A DNA stretch of 64,000 nt from Chiloscyllium plagiosum (Eukaryota), in assembly GCF_004010195.1 (NCBI RefSeq), contig NC_057720.1, forward strand, positions 19,769,269 to 19,833,268, read 5' to 3'. A program made the position numbers and the translations under genes. Below, piece by piece: positions 52,201-61,640 of the stretch (its first letter is position 1; each line of letters opens with the position of its first letter). Below the pieces are notes generated by a model. It saw only the letters and a list, made by a program, of their open reading frames with translations, searched no databases and was not told the DNA's origin.

Positions 52201-53610
52201 GTGAAATTCTGCAGTATATCTGGTACATGGTGCACATTGCTGCTGCTGACCGTTGGTGATGGAGGAAGTGAATGTTTAGCCAATTAAGTAGGTCACTTTG
52301 TCAAGCGTCTTGAGTGTTGTTGGAGTTGCACCCATAAGGCAAATGGGGAGTATTCCATCACACTCCTGACATGTGCTTTGTAGGGGTCAGGCCAATAATA
52401 TTTGGGTTACATAATCTGGGTGTAATGTGTTAAACTCCCTTACCTCTCCCCCTTTAAGACCAACCTTCCCTAATATCCTTTTTTGTCTGATTATGTGAAA
52501 TATGTTATTGACTTATCCTGCTTTGAAACTACACTGGACATTGGGAAGGAGACCACAAAACCTTAAGAAATTCAGTGTCTTAAAATCTTATTCTCCACAG
52601 CCACCTGATGAAGGAGCAGCGCTCTGAAAGCTAGTGCTTCCAAATAAACCTGTTGGACTATAACCTGGTGTTGTGTGATTTTTAACTTAAGAAATAAGAA
52701 TAGGAATAGGCTATTCAACCGCTCTAGCATGCTCCAACATTCAGTAGGATCATGGTCGATCTGACTTTCCTCATGTCCACTTTCCTGCCCTTTTCCCATA
52801 ACTCTTGATTCCTCTACAGCTCAAGAATCTATCTATCTCAACACAATATACACAAGGACGTTTCCCACACAGCTCTCTGTGCCAAGGAGTTCCAGAGAAT
52901 CACAATGCTCTGAGAAAAGAAACTCCTCCTCATTTGAGCCTTAAATTGGCTCTTTATTCTGAGACTACGCCCTCTGGTCCTAGACTCTCCCATCAGAGGA
53001 AACATTCTCTCAGCATTTGCCCAGTCAAGCCCATTAAGAATCCCATATGTTTCAATGAGATCACCTCTCATTCTTCTAAACTCCAGTGAGTACAGTCCCA
53101 ACCTCTTCAGCCTTTGCACATAGGGATATTATTAGACCCTGTTATACTGCAATTTTCTGCCTATTAATAACTGGATTATATCCACCATAGGGTGCTCAGA
53201 GAATGTAGAAAAGGAAATATTAAGCAGTGCAAGATGAATGACTAATTTCACCTTGAAAGCAGATATTCAGTCAGACAACTCTTCACAATGTGACGTACTT
53301 ATGGATGTCACTACAGATACTTTATACAGGTCAAAAGTATATGTAATGAAGATAACTCATAACTGGTTATATACTTTTCCACAATAGTAGAAGGCCAAAA
53401 TAATAAACCTACCATTTGGAAGAGTTTAAAGAAGTCCACGTTTGCATAAAGTGCATCTTCCATTCTCTGGAGCCGTTGGTGGGAAAGCACACAAATTCCA
53501 TTCAGGACAGTGCGCAGTCCTCGGTGATTCATGAAGATTAGGAAACGATCCAGCAGAACTTGGCTGCATGCTATGTCTTTGAGGGCTATGTCTGGAACTC
53601 CATAAGCAAA
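1228..53610 (-). CDS. ABCA4: ABCA4 (ATP-binding cassette subfamily A member 4), partial multi-exon gene; 21 exons equivalent to human exons 6-26
   Basis: 21 exons with canonical AG/GT ends and compatible phases join into 3631 nt (1210 codons + 1) without stops. Motifs: Walker [10 protein letters not shown], signature LSGGMQRKL, Walker B LDEPT, H-loop STHH. ABCA4-type peptides [37 protein letters not shown]. Most exon lengths match human ABCA4 as recalled. Exons 1-5 and 27+ not confidently found in the window. Confidence 0.95.
1599..2280 (-). mobile_element. tRNA-derived shark SINE (second family) with nested HE1 copy
   Basis: Matches copies at 31380-31735, 33705-34045, 40700-41095, 60895-61150; 3' tail ...gaatgaataaaaaa shared with LINE ends. 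Confidence 0.7.
1896..2219 (+). mobile_element. HE1-type SINE, full length, young
   Basis: ggcggcacggtggcccagtggttagcactgctgcc A-box, ggttcaattcc B-box, CR1-type tail ending (ctaat)n. Confidence 0.85.
3398..3612 (-). mobile_element. CR1/HER1 LINE 3' fragment
   Basis: [11 protein letters not shown]-terminal peptide and (ctatgact)-type tail on the minus strand. Confidence 0.7.
3920..4125 (-). CDS. ABCA4: ABCA4 exon 25 equivalent (R1 domain)
   Basis: 206 nt, 1/0; [32 protein letters not shown]...[10 protein letters not shown]...[12 protein letters not shown]. Confidence 0.96.
4332..4833 (+). mobile_element. DeuSINE-like 5' half followed by a LINE 3' end
   Basis: ctgcactgtcagaggagctgccttttagatgag domain; then LINE tail ending gtgaataaataataaaaaa, as at 51872-52385 and 59945-60540. 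Confidence 0.55.
4961..6690. mobile_element. Cluster of CR1/HER1 fragments (plus 4961-5139; decayed minus 5140-6690)
   Basis: RT C-terminal peptides ([27 protein letters not shown]). Confidence 0.65.
6897..8756. mobile_element. Composite: CR1 3' end (-, 6897-7553), older CR1 (+, 7554-7945), LINE piece (-), PLE hairpin (8091-8279), CR1 endonuclease piece (-, 8280-8756)
   Basis: ORFs with [38 protein letters not shown] motifs. Confidence 0.8.
8812..8899 (-). CDS. ABCA4: ABCA4 exon 24 equivalent (Cys-rich)
   Basis: 88 nt, 0/1; [35 protein letters not shown] donor. Confidence 0.88.
9698..9891 (-). CDS. ABCA4: ABCA4 exon 23 equivalent (H-loop)
   Basis: 194 nt, 1/0; [52 protein letters not shown]... 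Confidence 0.96.
11846..13441 (-). mobile_element. Penelope-like retroelement with inverted pseudo-LTRs (family A), degraded
   Basis: GIY-YIG-type C-terminus EHFDSPSH...[26 protein letters not shown]-end peptide HSYLD...[14 protein letters not shown]; ~450-bp inverted arms; possible degraded TSD aaattttggtatgt / aaattttagaatgt. Confidence 0.8.
13785..13922. mobile_element. PLE-derived fold-back mini-insertion (family A)
   Basis: Inverted arms; perfect 16-bp TSD ggttctgttggatgat (13769-84 / 13923-38). Confidence 0.8.
15062..15427 (+). mobile_element. PLE 3' fragment (family A), internally deleted
   Basis: Similar to 12961-13441; ends with the tail ...gcagtcctcactttctcc. Confidence 0.7.
15297..15332 (+). 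ncRNA. Hammerhead motif, partly decayed (PLE family A)
   Basis: CTGAAGA-A-GGGC(TTGT)GCCC-GAAA-TG-TC; stem I disrupted. Confidence 0.45.
16480..16752 (-). mobile_element. LINE 3' end with (CAAT)n tail, probably Rex1/Babar-like
   Basis: (gatt)6 microsatellite followed by attgttgtcacat...tacagtgaaaagtattg; family from recollection only. Confidence 0.4.
17060..17197 (-). CDS. ABCA4: ABCA4 exon 22 equivalent (signature, Walker B)
   Basis: 138 nt, 1/1; [46 protein letters not shown] (translated by hand). Confidence 0.96.
18133..18272 (-). CDS. ABCA4: ABCA4 exon 21 equivalent
   Basis: 140 nt, 2/1; [15 protein letters not shown]...[15 protein letters not shown]. Confidence 0.96.
18874..19595 (+). 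mobile_element. Two tandem HE1-type SINEs (18874-19198, 19297-19595)
   Basis: Both match 1896-2219; (ctaat)n tails. Confidence 0.85.
19905..23525 (+). mobile_element. Near-complete ORF2 of a CR1/HER1 LINE (endonuclease + RT), disabled, with nested CR1
   Basis: [72 protein letters not shown]; several stops and frameshifts; (ctatgt)-type tail. Confidence 0.9.
21791..22474 (+). mobile_element. 5'-truncated CR1 of another subfamily nested in the above LINE
   Basis: Host reads gctagctgaa|...|agaagacagaggg across it; 4-bp tgaa duplication; own ctctatgactcta tail. Confidence 0.8.
23640..24710 (-). mobile_element. Penelope-like element fragment (family C) inserted in a CR1 tail (23585-25030, -)
   Basis: GIY-YIG-type peptide LPIAHHFN...[23 protein letters not shown]; 8-bp TSD accattca (23632-39 / 24711-18); hammerhead at 23705-42. 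Confidence 0.8.
23705..23742 (-). ncRNA. Minimal type-I hammerhead ribozyme motif (PLE family C)
   Basis: Minus strand AGTT-CTGAAGA-A-GGGTT(ACTA)GACCT-GAAA-CG-TT-AACT: intact core, 4-bp stem I, 5-bp stem II with wobbles, palindromic AACGTT in place of stem III. Confidence 0.75.
25051..25182 (-). CDS. ABCA4: ABCA4 exon 20 equivalent (NBD1 Q-loop)
   Basis: 132 nt, 2/2; [42 protein letters not shown]. Confidence 0.96.
25301..26868. mobile_element. PLE-derived inverted-repeat element (family B) spanning the assembly gap
   Basis: At least 280-bp inverted arms, one-sided ~38-nt tail, 16-bp TSD ttaacagagRtagtta (25285-300 / 26869-84), decayed hammerhead in each arm. Confidence 0.75.
25715..26551. 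other. Assembly gap (837 N)
   Basis: Run of N. Confidence 1.
27263..27510 (+). mobile_element. HE1-type SINE, degraded
   Basis: Diverged match to 1896-2219. Confidence 0.65.
28589..28802. mobile_element. PLE-derived fold-back mini-insertion (family C)
   Basis: Inverted arms; perfect 14-bp TSD tttctgtttcatat (28575-88 / 28803-16). Confidence 0.75.
29067..29262 (-). CDS. ABCA4: ABCA4 exon 19 equivalent (NBD1 Walker A)
   Basis: Phase 1/2; ...PFYEKEP...[28 protein letters not shown]. 5' end ambiguous among four in-frame AGs (exon starts 29262, 29256, 29253, 29244). Confidence 0.93.
29379..29771 (-). CDS. ABCA4: ABCA4 exon 18 equivalent, expanded Lys/Glu-rich TMD1-NBD1 linker exon
   Basis: 393 nt open frame, phase 1/1 matching both neighbours. 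Acceptor TTTTTTTTATTGATAAG coincides with the upstream in-frame stop; donor [27 protein letters not shown]...([10 protein letters not shown])4...ESEKVNP. Confidence 0.8.
29420..29541 (-). repeat. Coding minisatellite, 30-bp unit x4 ([10 protein letters not shown])
   Basis: Near-identical ttctccagcctctccttttcttgtttctct units visible directly. Confidence 0.92.
29851..30187 (+). mobile_element. HE1-type SINE
   Basis: Match to 1896-2219. Confidence 0.8.
31038..31124 (-). CDS. ABCA4: ABCA4 exon 17 equivalent
   Basis: 87 nt, 1/1; [35 protein letters not shown] donor. Confidence 0.92.
31380..31735 (-). mobile_element. tRNA-derived shark SINE (second family), full length
   Basis: Uninterrupted version of 1599-2280. 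Confidence 0.7.
32021..32218. mobile_element. PLE-derived fold-back mini-insertion (family A)
   Basis: Inverted arms; 12-bp TSD catttagtcata (32009-20 / 32219-30). Confidence 0.78.
32127..32160 (+). ncRNA. Hammerhead motif at hairpin apex (PLE family A)
   Basis: CTGATGA-A-GGGC(TTTT)GCCC-GAAA-TG-TC; 5' stem I strand lost at the inversion junction. Confidence 0.45.
32225..32745 (-). mobile_element. CR1/HER1 3' fragment
   Basis: ORFs with [10 protein letters not shown] and VRVWNELP. Confidence 0.8.
33355..33559 (-). CDS. ABCA4: ABCA4 exon 16 equivalent (TMD1)
   Basis: 205 nt, 0/1; [27 protein letters not shown]...[10 protein letters not shown]. Confidence 0.96.
33705..35560 (-). mobile_element. 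Cluster: second-family SINE (33705-34045), DeuSINE-like (34185-34530), decayed L2-like LINE (34545-35560)
   Basis: Similarity to other copies in the window; the L2 call rests on decayed RT-end motifs only. Confidence 0.5.
36258..36479 (-). CDS. ABCA4: ABCA4 exon 15 equivalent (TMD1)
   Basis: 222 nt, 0/0; [14 protein letters not shown]...[34 protein letters not shown]... Confidence 0.96.
36781..36985 (+). mobile_element. Short tRNA-derived SINE, third family
   Basis: A-box-like tagcttaattgg, B-box-like gggtttgattcc, internal cctgagg...cctcagg hairpin. Confidence 0.5.
37383..37605 (-). CDS. ABCA4: ABCA4 exon 14 equivalent (TMD1)
   Basis: 223 nt, 2/0; [44 protein letters not shown]... Confidence 0.96.
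38671..38884. mobile_element. PLE-derived fold-back mini-insertion (family A)
   Basis: ~85-bp inverted arms, one-sided tail, perfect 18-bp TSD gcctacacaccaatatag (38653-70 / 38885-902). Confidence 0.82.
38726..38761 (-). ncRNA. Minimal hammerhead ribozyme motif (PLE family A)
   Basis: Minus strand ATTC-CTGATGA-A-GGGC(ATTT)GCCC-GAAA-CG-TC-AATT; perfect stem II, ACGT palindrome, weak stem I. Confidence 0.65.
39455..39631 (-). CDS. ABCA4: ABCA4 exon 13 equivalent
   Basis: 177 nt, 2/2; [29 protein letters not shown]...[11 protein letters not shown]. Confidence 0.96.
40332..40546. mobile_element. PLE-derived fold-back mini-insertion (family A)
   Basis: Inverted arms; 14-bp TSD tgggaacatacagg / tgggaccgtacagg. 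Confidence 0.78.
40423..40458 (-). ncRNA. Minimal hammerhead ribozyme motif (PLE family A)
   Basis: Minus strand ATTC-CTGATGA-A-GGGC(TTAT)GCCT-GAAA-CA-TC-GATT; core intact, palindrome decayed. Confidence 0.55.
40700..41095 (+). mobile_element. Second-family SINE, degraded
   Basis: Reverse-complement similarity to 31380-31735. Confidence 0.55.
43131..43336 (-). CDS. ABCA4: ABCA4 exon 12 equivalent
   Basis: 206 nt, 0/2; CLNLDKFEG...FWAGIVF...[22 protein letters not shown]. Confidence 0.95.
45454..45651 (-). CDS. ABCA4: ABCA4 exon 11 equivalent
   Basis: 198 nt, 0/0; [31 protein letters not shown]...[30 protein letters not shown] donor. Confidence 0.93.
45690..46960 (-). mobile_element. CR1/HER1 RT fragment with an opposite-strand CR1 3' end nested at 46014-46236
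   Basis: [29 protein letters not shown]; the nested piece has its own (ttctatg)n tail. Confidence 0.82.
47700..47816 (-). CDS. ABCA4: ABCA4 exon 10 equivalent
   Basis: 117 nt, 0/0; [45 protein letters not shown] donor. Confidence 0.93.
48702..48841 (-). CDS. ABCA4: ABCA4 exon 9 equivalent
   Basis: 140 nt, 1/0; [46 protein letters not shown] (not in the ORF track; translated by hand). Confidence 0.95.
49513..49753 (-). CDS. ABCA4: ABCA4 exon 8 equivalent
   Basis: 241 nt, 0/1, GTAAGT donor; ...[31 protein letters not shown]... Confidence 0.95.
50024..50204. mobile_element. PLE-derived fold-back mini-insertion (family B)
   Basis: ~60-bp inverted arms, one-sided tail, 12-bp TSD atRctgacattg (50012-23 / 50205-16). 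Confidence 0.78.
50417..51056. mobile_element. HE1 SINE (+) with an antisense HE1 nested at ~50704-51000
   Basis: Host resumes gtgtgga|...|cttgatg. Confidence 0.78.
51563..51652 (-). CDS. ABCA4: ABCA4 exon 7 equivalent
   Basis: 90 nt, 0/0, TTTTCAG acceptor, GTAAGG donor; [30 protein letters not shown]. Confidence 0.9.
51872..53125. mobile_element. LINE 3' end (-, 51872-52385), PLE family B piece (+, 52572-52685, TSD cttaagaaat), CR1 3' end (-, 52690-53125)
   Basis: [23 protein letters not shown]; similarity to other copies. Confidence 0.7.
52602..52636 (+). ncRNA. Minimal type-I hammerhead ribozyme motif (PLE family B)
   Basis: CAC-CTGATGA-A-GGAGC(AGC)GCTCT-GAAA-GC-TA-GTG: intact core, 3-bp stem I, palindromic AGCT at stem III, CUA cleavage triplet. 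Confidence 0.75.
53413..53610 (-). CDS. ABCA4: ABCA4 exon (human exon 6 equivalent), ECD1
   Basis: 198 nt, phase 0/0, AG at 53612-11, GT at 53412-11; [26 protein letters not shown]...[13 protein letters not shown]. Confidence 0.95.
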
Positions 53611-54022
53611 CTGGAAGTAAGAACATTTGCAAGCACAATTACATCTAGCTGACAATTCCCAATTGGCTTGTAAGATTCATTTTCAAAACCAAACCACAAC
53701 ACATATTTTTACATACACAAATGGTAATATTCTCTTAGGTCCAAATAATTTATAATGTGCTCAGGTTTTACTATTTCAGTTTCACTCGTTCCTGTGTACA
53801 AATGGAAACTATGATCACTTGGCTGGCTTCTTAACTTTAAGTAAATTTGAGCTCATCCAAATTTTGCCGCTTCTAACTGAATACCTGTGAACCCATTAAG
53901 CTGTGCTGCTGACCCAAATAGGTCTGGCAACAACTTAATTTTAAAATTTGTATCCTGCTGTAACCATGTCTGCTCTATTCATCCCCCTAAACATCTTTGC
54001 ATTGCAATTCTGGCATTTTGTA

Positions 54023-54790
54023 CATAGAGTCATACAGTCATATAGCATGGAAACAGACCCTTCAGTTGAACCAATCCTTGTCAACCATAATCCCAAACTA
54101 AACTAGTCCCACCTGCCTGCTTCTGGCCCATATCTCTCTGAACCTTTCCTGAGCAAGTACTTATCCAAATGTCTTTTAAACATTTTAATTGTACCCACAT
54201 CCACCATTTCCTCAGGAAGTTCATTCCAGCTGTGAACCACACTTTGTAAAAAAAAGCTCCTCATGTCTTTTTAAAATCTCTCTCCTCTAACCTTAAAATG
54301 TGCCCCCTAATCTTGAAATCCTCCATCCTAAGGAAAAGACACCTAACATTAACTCTATCTATACGCCTCATTATTTTATAAACTTCTATAAGGTCACCTC
54401 TCAACCTCCTACACTCCAGTGAGAAAAGTGCCTATCTAGCATATCTTTACAACTCAAACCTTCCATATTCGACAACATTCTGGTAAATCTCTTCTGAACC
54501 CTGTCCGGCTTGATAATATCATTCTTATAACTGGACAACCAGAACTGAACACAATATTCCAGAAGATACCACACCAATGTCCTGTACAGTCTCAACATGA
54601 CTTCCCAACAACTATACTCAAAGGACTGAACAATGAAGGCAAGTGTGCCAAATGCCTTTTTAATCACCCTCCCCATACGTGACACAAACGTCAAAGAATT
54701 ACGTACTTGCACCTTTAGGTCTCTCTGTCCTACAACACCACCCAAGTGCTACCATTAATTATATAAGCCCTACCCTTGTTTGTTTTACTG
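54023..54790 (-). mobile_element. CR1/HER1 3' fragment
   Basis: ORF 54401-54745 [11 protein letters not shown]...LEYCVQFW. Confidence 0.8.
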
Positions 54791-56384
54791 ATTCATTACT
54801 GATCGCTGTGTCTTCTAGCTGAGGATTCTGTGCTCTGTGATTTCCGTTCTAAACCTCTCAATAGAGTGATAGAGTTATAGAGATGCACAGCATGGAAGCA
54901 GACTCTTTGCCAACTCGTCCAGATATCCTAACCTAATCTATCCCATTTTTCTTCACTTGGCCCATATCTCTCAACTTTCTTCTTTTAAGTTGCTGTCTTA
55001 GACGAAGCTTTTGGTGACTTGTCTTACTATTTTACTTTGTGGCTCGGTATCAAACTTTGTCTAATATTGCTCCTGTCATGCCTTGAATTAAGTTTCTGCA
55101 CTACTTTAGTTTAACTGTTGCAGCAATGCAAGCTATTGTTGGCTCCTACTTTGATGCAACCATCTTATTTAAACAAATTCAAACAAGTCTCTGAATAGGA
55201 GAGCCCAAAATGTCTGATCGGCAGCATGGGGATGTGATGATTCCAGTCTTGTGGAAGGATGCAACATTCTCCCAGATAAGATATTCTGTGCAGCAGATTT
55301 GTCAAGACACAGGCAGAGTTGAGTGGGGAAGAGAAATAGCATCAAAAGATGAAAAAGAACGCATTACAAAATTCCATTAATTTTATTTTAATCTATCTAA
55401 AGATATTGCTCATCAATTCCCCTTCTGATACATCTGTCAAAACATTGTGGGAACATTCAAATTGAGATTGATAAGTCAAACTGCAAATGCCAAATCGAAA
55501 TGTTCAAGTGTTTTACTGTGCCACTTTGCCACTATCTCATCTATAACATTTTCCATCTATCTTCATCAATTAAATTGCATGTCTCTCCCAGAATTGCTTG
55601 CGTTGGACAAAAGCAACTCATGAAAGCTCACAATTCCTGAAGTTGACAAATTCTTGGTAACCAAGCAACTGACATCAGAAGCAGTTGATGCAGTTGGATT
55701 CGTCAGAGAATCAAGGTTAACTTTGCAAATTATCAATATATCATGCTTCAACCTCTCTGAAGGCACAGAATGTGGTGATCTTATTAATTTAGTGAAGTAT
55801 AATCATCCCACTGTGCATTTAACCTCAACAAATATTTTCAGCCTGATTATAGTTCATTGTCTGGGTCATTGGATTGCTGATGTGTCAAAAGATTAATTAC
55901 GCGCATGTTTTTAACAGACTGGTCAAATATTTCAAGATGTTTAAAGGACAAGATGTTAGGAGCTATGATTTAGGTATTGAAATTGAGCCAACTTATTTTG
56001 TTTTGAATCCTTCTTGGCTTTATTGGAAAGCATTCCCTCCTTTACCCCTCCCTTCCAGCTGAAAGCAGATGATCAGAACCACAGCTCCTGTGGGAGGGTT
56101 TTCATCAGTTTAACAGCTGCTATGGAGCATACACCCACCTAAAGGGAGATGTGGGTTATGTGGTTACCACCCTGTTTTTCCTAGGTACCCAGCCAACAGC
56201 ACTGTAATATTATACTAAACTCCCCAGGCTCATTTCAATATTGGCTTCCCAAACACTGCAATATGACCAATTATTGTTTTATATCAATGATGCCAAGCAT
56301 TAGATTTCTTGATTCACTAAACTGCTCTCTGCTATGCTCCACAGGTGCCGCGGTTCAAATAAACTTAGAGATGGGCAAAAAATC

Positions 56385-58215
56385 TGAACATTTATACAAA
56401 CTAGGAGCAGGTGTAGGCGGTTTGGCTCTTTGAGCCTGCCCTGCCATTCATTAAGATAATGGGGGATCTGATTTTAGATTAGATCCTCTACTGAATGGAA
56501 ACAGGCCCTTCAGCCCAACAAGCCCACTCCAACCTGCTGAAGAGTAACCCACCCACATTCCCAACCCTATATTTACCCAACTAATATACCTAACATTATG
56601 GGCATCTGGCCTGCGGGAGGAAACCAGAGCACCCAGAGAAAACCCATGTAGATACAGGGAGAATGTGCAAACTCCACACAGAGGCTGGAATCGAACCCAG
56701 GTCCCTGGTGCTATGAGGCTATAGTGCTAACCACTGAGCCATCATGCCGCATTTCTGCCTGCCTCTGTAACCTTTCACCCCATTGCTTGTCAAGAATCGA
56801 TCTATCTCTGCCTTAAAACTACTCAGAGGTTTTATCTCCACTACCTTTTGGACTATAAAATAAATGGCTAGAATTAAACTATTCTGCCCCTTGAGTTTGC
56901 TCCACTTATCGACCATGCTCCTGCCTTCTCCCTGTAACTTTTAATTTCCTTACCAGTCAAGAACCGATTTCTGATAGGTATTTAAGTCAAATACACTGAA
57001 TGACTTGGCCTCCACAGCATTCTGCAGCAGTGAGTTCCACAGATTCACCACCCTCGGACTGAAGACATTTCTCCTCATCCTTCGCTCTGAGGCTGTGCCC
57101 TTGAATCCTAGTCTCTTTTATAATGGAAGCATCTTCTCCACGTCCATTCTACTCAGGCCTCTCCATATTCTGTAAATTTCAATGACATCCCCCCTCATCC
57201 TTTCAAACTCCATCGGGTACAGACCCAGAGTCTTCATATGACATGCCCTTCATTCCTAGTATCATTCTTGTGAACCTTCCCTGGTCCCTCTCCAAGGTCA
57301 GCACATGTCTCCTAAGGGATAGGGCCAAAAACTGCTCACAATATTGAAAATGTGGTCTGATCAGAGCCTTGTACAGTACACCATCCTCTTGTATTCTAGC
57401 CCTCTCAAAATGAATGTTTGATATTGCATTTGCCTTCCTAATTGCCAACTGAGCCTTCATGTTAACCTTAAGAGGATTCTGAACTAAGACCCCCAAGTAT
57501 TCATCCAATAAACCTTCTTTGAACTGCCTCCAACATTTTTACATCTTTCTTTAAACTCGGAGACCAATACAGTATACAGTACACCAAGTGGTATCTCACT
57601 AATGCCCTGTATAAGTGATGCATAATCTTCCTACTTTTGTATTCAATTCCCCTCACAAAAATGGTATTCTATTTGCTTTCTTAATTATTTGCTGTACCTG
57701 CAAACTAACCTGTTGTGATTCACGCACTTGGATACCCAGTCCCTTTTGCATCCTCTCACCATTTGGATTTTTTATCCTTCTTGCCAAAATTAACAATTTC
57801 ATATTGTACTACATTGTACTCCATTTGCCAGATCTATGCAGACTCATCTAGCTTACCGATATCATTTTGTAGTCTCTTTGTATCCTCTTCATCACTTACT
57901 TTCCTTACTAATTTTCTGATGTGAGCAAATTTATCAACCATTACTTCAGGTGCCTCCATCTGAATCATTTACTTAAATTGTAAAGCGTTGAGGACCCAGC
58001 ACTGATCCCTGTGGCACACCATGTCCTGCCAACCAGAAAATGACTCTGCTTCCTCATATTCAATACCAATATGTTACCCCTTGCACCTTTGTTTTCTGCG
58101 GTGACCATCGGTGTGGCACCTTATCAAATGGTTTCTAAAAGTCTACGTTGCATCCACTTTTCAAAAAACTCCAATAAATTGGTTAGAAGTGATTTATTTT
58201 TTACAAAATCATGTG
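56385..58215 (-). mobile_element. Nested CR1 fragments plus an HE1 copy (56475-56750)
   Basis: YKALIRPHFQYCEQF and tail motifs; antisense HE1. Confidence 0.7.
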
Positions 58216-58284
58216 CCCTTGAAAAGGTGGTAATGAGATGCCATCTTGAGCCATTGCAGTTCACCTGCTATAGGTTGACCCCAA

Positions 58285-59935
58285 AAAATCAAAAGAGTGA
58301 AGGGGCCGAACTAAGTATGGTGGCCATCATCAAGGACAAGTTGCTAGAAAAACTGAATGGCCTGAAGGTGGATAAATCATCTGGACCAGATGGACTACAC
58401 CCCAGTATTCTAAGGGAGATAGCTGAAGAGATAGTGAAGGCATTAGTGGTGATCTTTCAGGAGTAACGAGAAACAGGGAAGGTCCCAGAGGGCTGGAAGA
58501 TCGTGAACATGTCACCCCTGTTTAAAAAGGGAGTAAGGCAAAAGGCAGAAAATTTAGCCTAACCTCCATCCTGGGTAAGATCCTGGAATCCATTGTGAAG
58601 GATGAGATTTCTGAATACTTGCAAGTGTCTGGTAAAATAGGGCAGAGTCAGCATGGTTTCATCAAGGGGAGGTCATGCCTGACAAATCTGCTAGAATTTT
58701 TTGAATGAGTAATGAGCAGGTTAGACCAAGGAGAGCCAATGGATGTTATCAATTTAGACTTCGAGAAGGCCTTTGACAAGGTGCCACACAGAAAGCTACT
58801 GAATAAGATAAGGACCCATGGTGTCAGAGGCAAGGTGCTAGCATGGATAGAAGCTTGGCTGTCTGGCAGGAAGCAGAGAGTGGGGATAAAAGGGTCCTTC
58901 TCAGGATGACAGCTGGTGACAAGTGATGTTCCACAAGGTTCAATGTTGGAACCACAAATTTTCACTTTACACATTAATGATCTAGATGAAGGAACTAAGA
59001 ACATTCTGGCTAGGTTTGTAGACAATACAAAGATAGGTGGAGGGACAGGTAGTATTGAGGAGGCAGGGAGGCTGCAGAAGGATTTGGACAGGTTAGGAGA
59101 GTGGGCAAAGAAATGGCAGATGGAGAACAATGTGAGAAAGTGAGAGGTCATGCACTTTGGTAGGAAGAATAGAGGCATGGACCATTTTATAAATGGGGAG
59201 TAATTCAGGAGACTGAAGTACAAAGCGGCTTCAGAGTTCTCGTCCAAGATTCTCTCAAGGTAAACTTGCAGGTTGAGTCGGTAGTTAGGAAGGTAAATGC
59301 AAAGATGGCATTTATTTTGAGAGGACTTGAGTATTAAAGCAGGGATGTACTTTTGAGGCTCTATAGGGCTCTGGTCAGGCCACACTTTGAGTTTTGTGTG
59401 CAGCTTTGGGTGCCATATCTCAGGAAGGATGTACTGGCTCTGGAGAGGAAGTTAACAAGGATGCTCCCAGGAATAAAAAGCTTGACATATGAAGAACGTT
59501 TGAGGACTCTGGGTCCATACTTGATGGAGTTTAGAAGGATGGGGGGGTGGCGGAATCTAATTGAAACTTACACAGTATTGTAATGGTTTGGACAGAGTGG
59601 TTGTTGAGAAGATATTTCCATTGGCAGAGCGACTCGGATCCACAGGCATAGCCTTAGAGTAAAGGGAAGACCTTTTAGAACGGAGATAAGGAGAAACTTC
59701 TTTAGCCAGAGAGTGGAGAATCTATGGAATTCACTGCCACAGAAGGCTGTGGTGGCCAGGTCATTGAGTGTGATTAAGACTGAGATAGATAGGCTCTTGA
59801 TTGTAAAAGGGATCAAGGGTTACAGGGAGGAGGTTGGAGAATGGGGATGAGAAACTTATCACCATGATTGAATAGTGGAGCAGGTTTGATGGACTCTGAA
59901 TGGCCTCATTTCTCCTCCTCTGTCTTATGGTCTAA
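58285..59935 (+). mobile_element. CR1 LINE, RT domain to 3' end, disabled
   Basis: KSSGPDGLHP, LDFEKAFDKVPH, VPQGSML, RPHFEFCVQLW, with stops. Confidence 0.88.
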
Positions 59936-59944
59936 TGCCAATAG

Positions 59945-61640
59945 GGAAGGAATTCTGGGATTTTGATCCAGTGACAGTAAAGGAATGGTGATGTATTTCA
60001 AGTCAGGATGGTGAGTTGTTTGGAGGGGAACTTGAAGATTGTGCTCTTCCCATCTATCTGCTGCCCTTGTCCTTCTAGATGGCAGTGGTTGTGAGTTTGG
60101 AAGGTGCTGTCTGAGGATCTTGGGGGAATACCTTTGGTGCATCTTGTGGGTAGTACACACTGCTGCTACTGAGCGTCAGTGATGGAGGGAGTGGATGCTT
60201 GTGGATGTAGAGCCAATCAAATATATTGCTTTGTCTTGGATGGTGTCAAGCTTCTTGAGTATTGTTGGAGCTGCACCCATCCAGGCAAATGGGGAGTATT
60301 CCATCACACCACTGACTTGAGCCTTATAGATGATGGACAAGCTTTGGAGAGTTGGAGGTGAGTTACTCACTGCAGTACTCCTAGCTTCTGACTTGATCTT
60401 GTAGCCACTGCGTTTATGTGGTGAATCCAGCTGAGTTTCTGGTCACTCAGGATGTTGATAGTGGTTGATTCAGTGATTGTAACACCATTGAATGTCAAGG
60501 GGCAATAATTAGATTGTGTCTTATTGGTTTCCTTGCCTATGTTTAAGCTATCAGACTTCACGGGGTCCAGAGTCAATTCTGAAGGCTTCCAGAGCAACTC
60601 CCTCCCAACTGTTTACCACTGTGCTGCTACTTTTGCTGGGTCTGTCCTGCCGTTGAGACAGAACAGATCCACAGATGGTAATGGTGGTGTCTGATACATT
60701 GTCTATAAGGTATGACTCCATGAGTATGTCAGACTGTTGCTTGACTAATCTGTGAGAAAGGTCTCCTGCCTGATGTTAGTAAGGAGGGCATTGCAAGGTT
60801 GGCATGGCTTTTTCAGTTACAGGTAATCCAGCCAGTTTCATTTCTTTGAGACTTTGTAGCGATTAGTACAACTGAATGTTTTGCTTGGCAATTTCAGAGG
60901 TGAGTTGAGAGTCAACCACATTTTTATGGGTCCAGAATCATATGTAGGCCAAACCAGATGAGGATAGAGGTTTCCTTCCCCAATGGACATTAGTCAATCC
61001 GCCAGGTTTTTCTGACAATGAATAATAATTTCATGGTCATCAGTAGATATGTAATTTCAAGTTTTTATAAATTGAATTCAAATTCTACCATCTGCCATGG
61101 TGGGATTTGAACCCGGATCCCAATAACATCGGTTGAGTTTCTGAATTAATAGTGTTAATACTTGTTCAATTCATCTGCGATTTTCTCATTTTCCATTATA
61201 CATTCGCCAGTCATTTTCTGGAGGACCAACACACGTTTTGTTGACCCTTTTTTCAAATGTAGAACATCTAACTACCTGTTTTTATGTTTTTAAGCTAGCT
61301 GTTTCTTTTATTCCAGTTCTTATACTTTTAATAATCTTTTAGTTATTAGATTAGATTCCCTACAGTGTGGAAACAGGCCCTTTGGCCCAACAAGTCCACT
61401 CTGACCCTCTGAAGAGTAACCCACCCACATCCATTTCCCTCTGACTAATGCACCTAACACTATGGATAATCTAGCATGGCCAATTCACCTAACTGTGGGA
61501 GGAAACTGGAGCACCTGGAGGAAACCCATGCAGACACGGGACAATGTACAAACTCCACACAGTCACCCAAGGGTGGAATCGAACCTGGGACCCTGGTGCT
61601 GTGAGGCAGCAGTGCTAACCACCGAGCCATTGTGCCACCC
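59945..61640 (-). mobile_element. LINE fragment (59945-60540), second-family SINE (60895-61150), HE1 (61346-61640)
   Basis: [19 protein letters not shown]-end peptide; matches to other SINE copies. Confidence 0.7.

Noticed and set aside
58648..59385. 245-aa minus-strand ORF
   Set aside because: Antisense frame of CR1 reverse transcriptase
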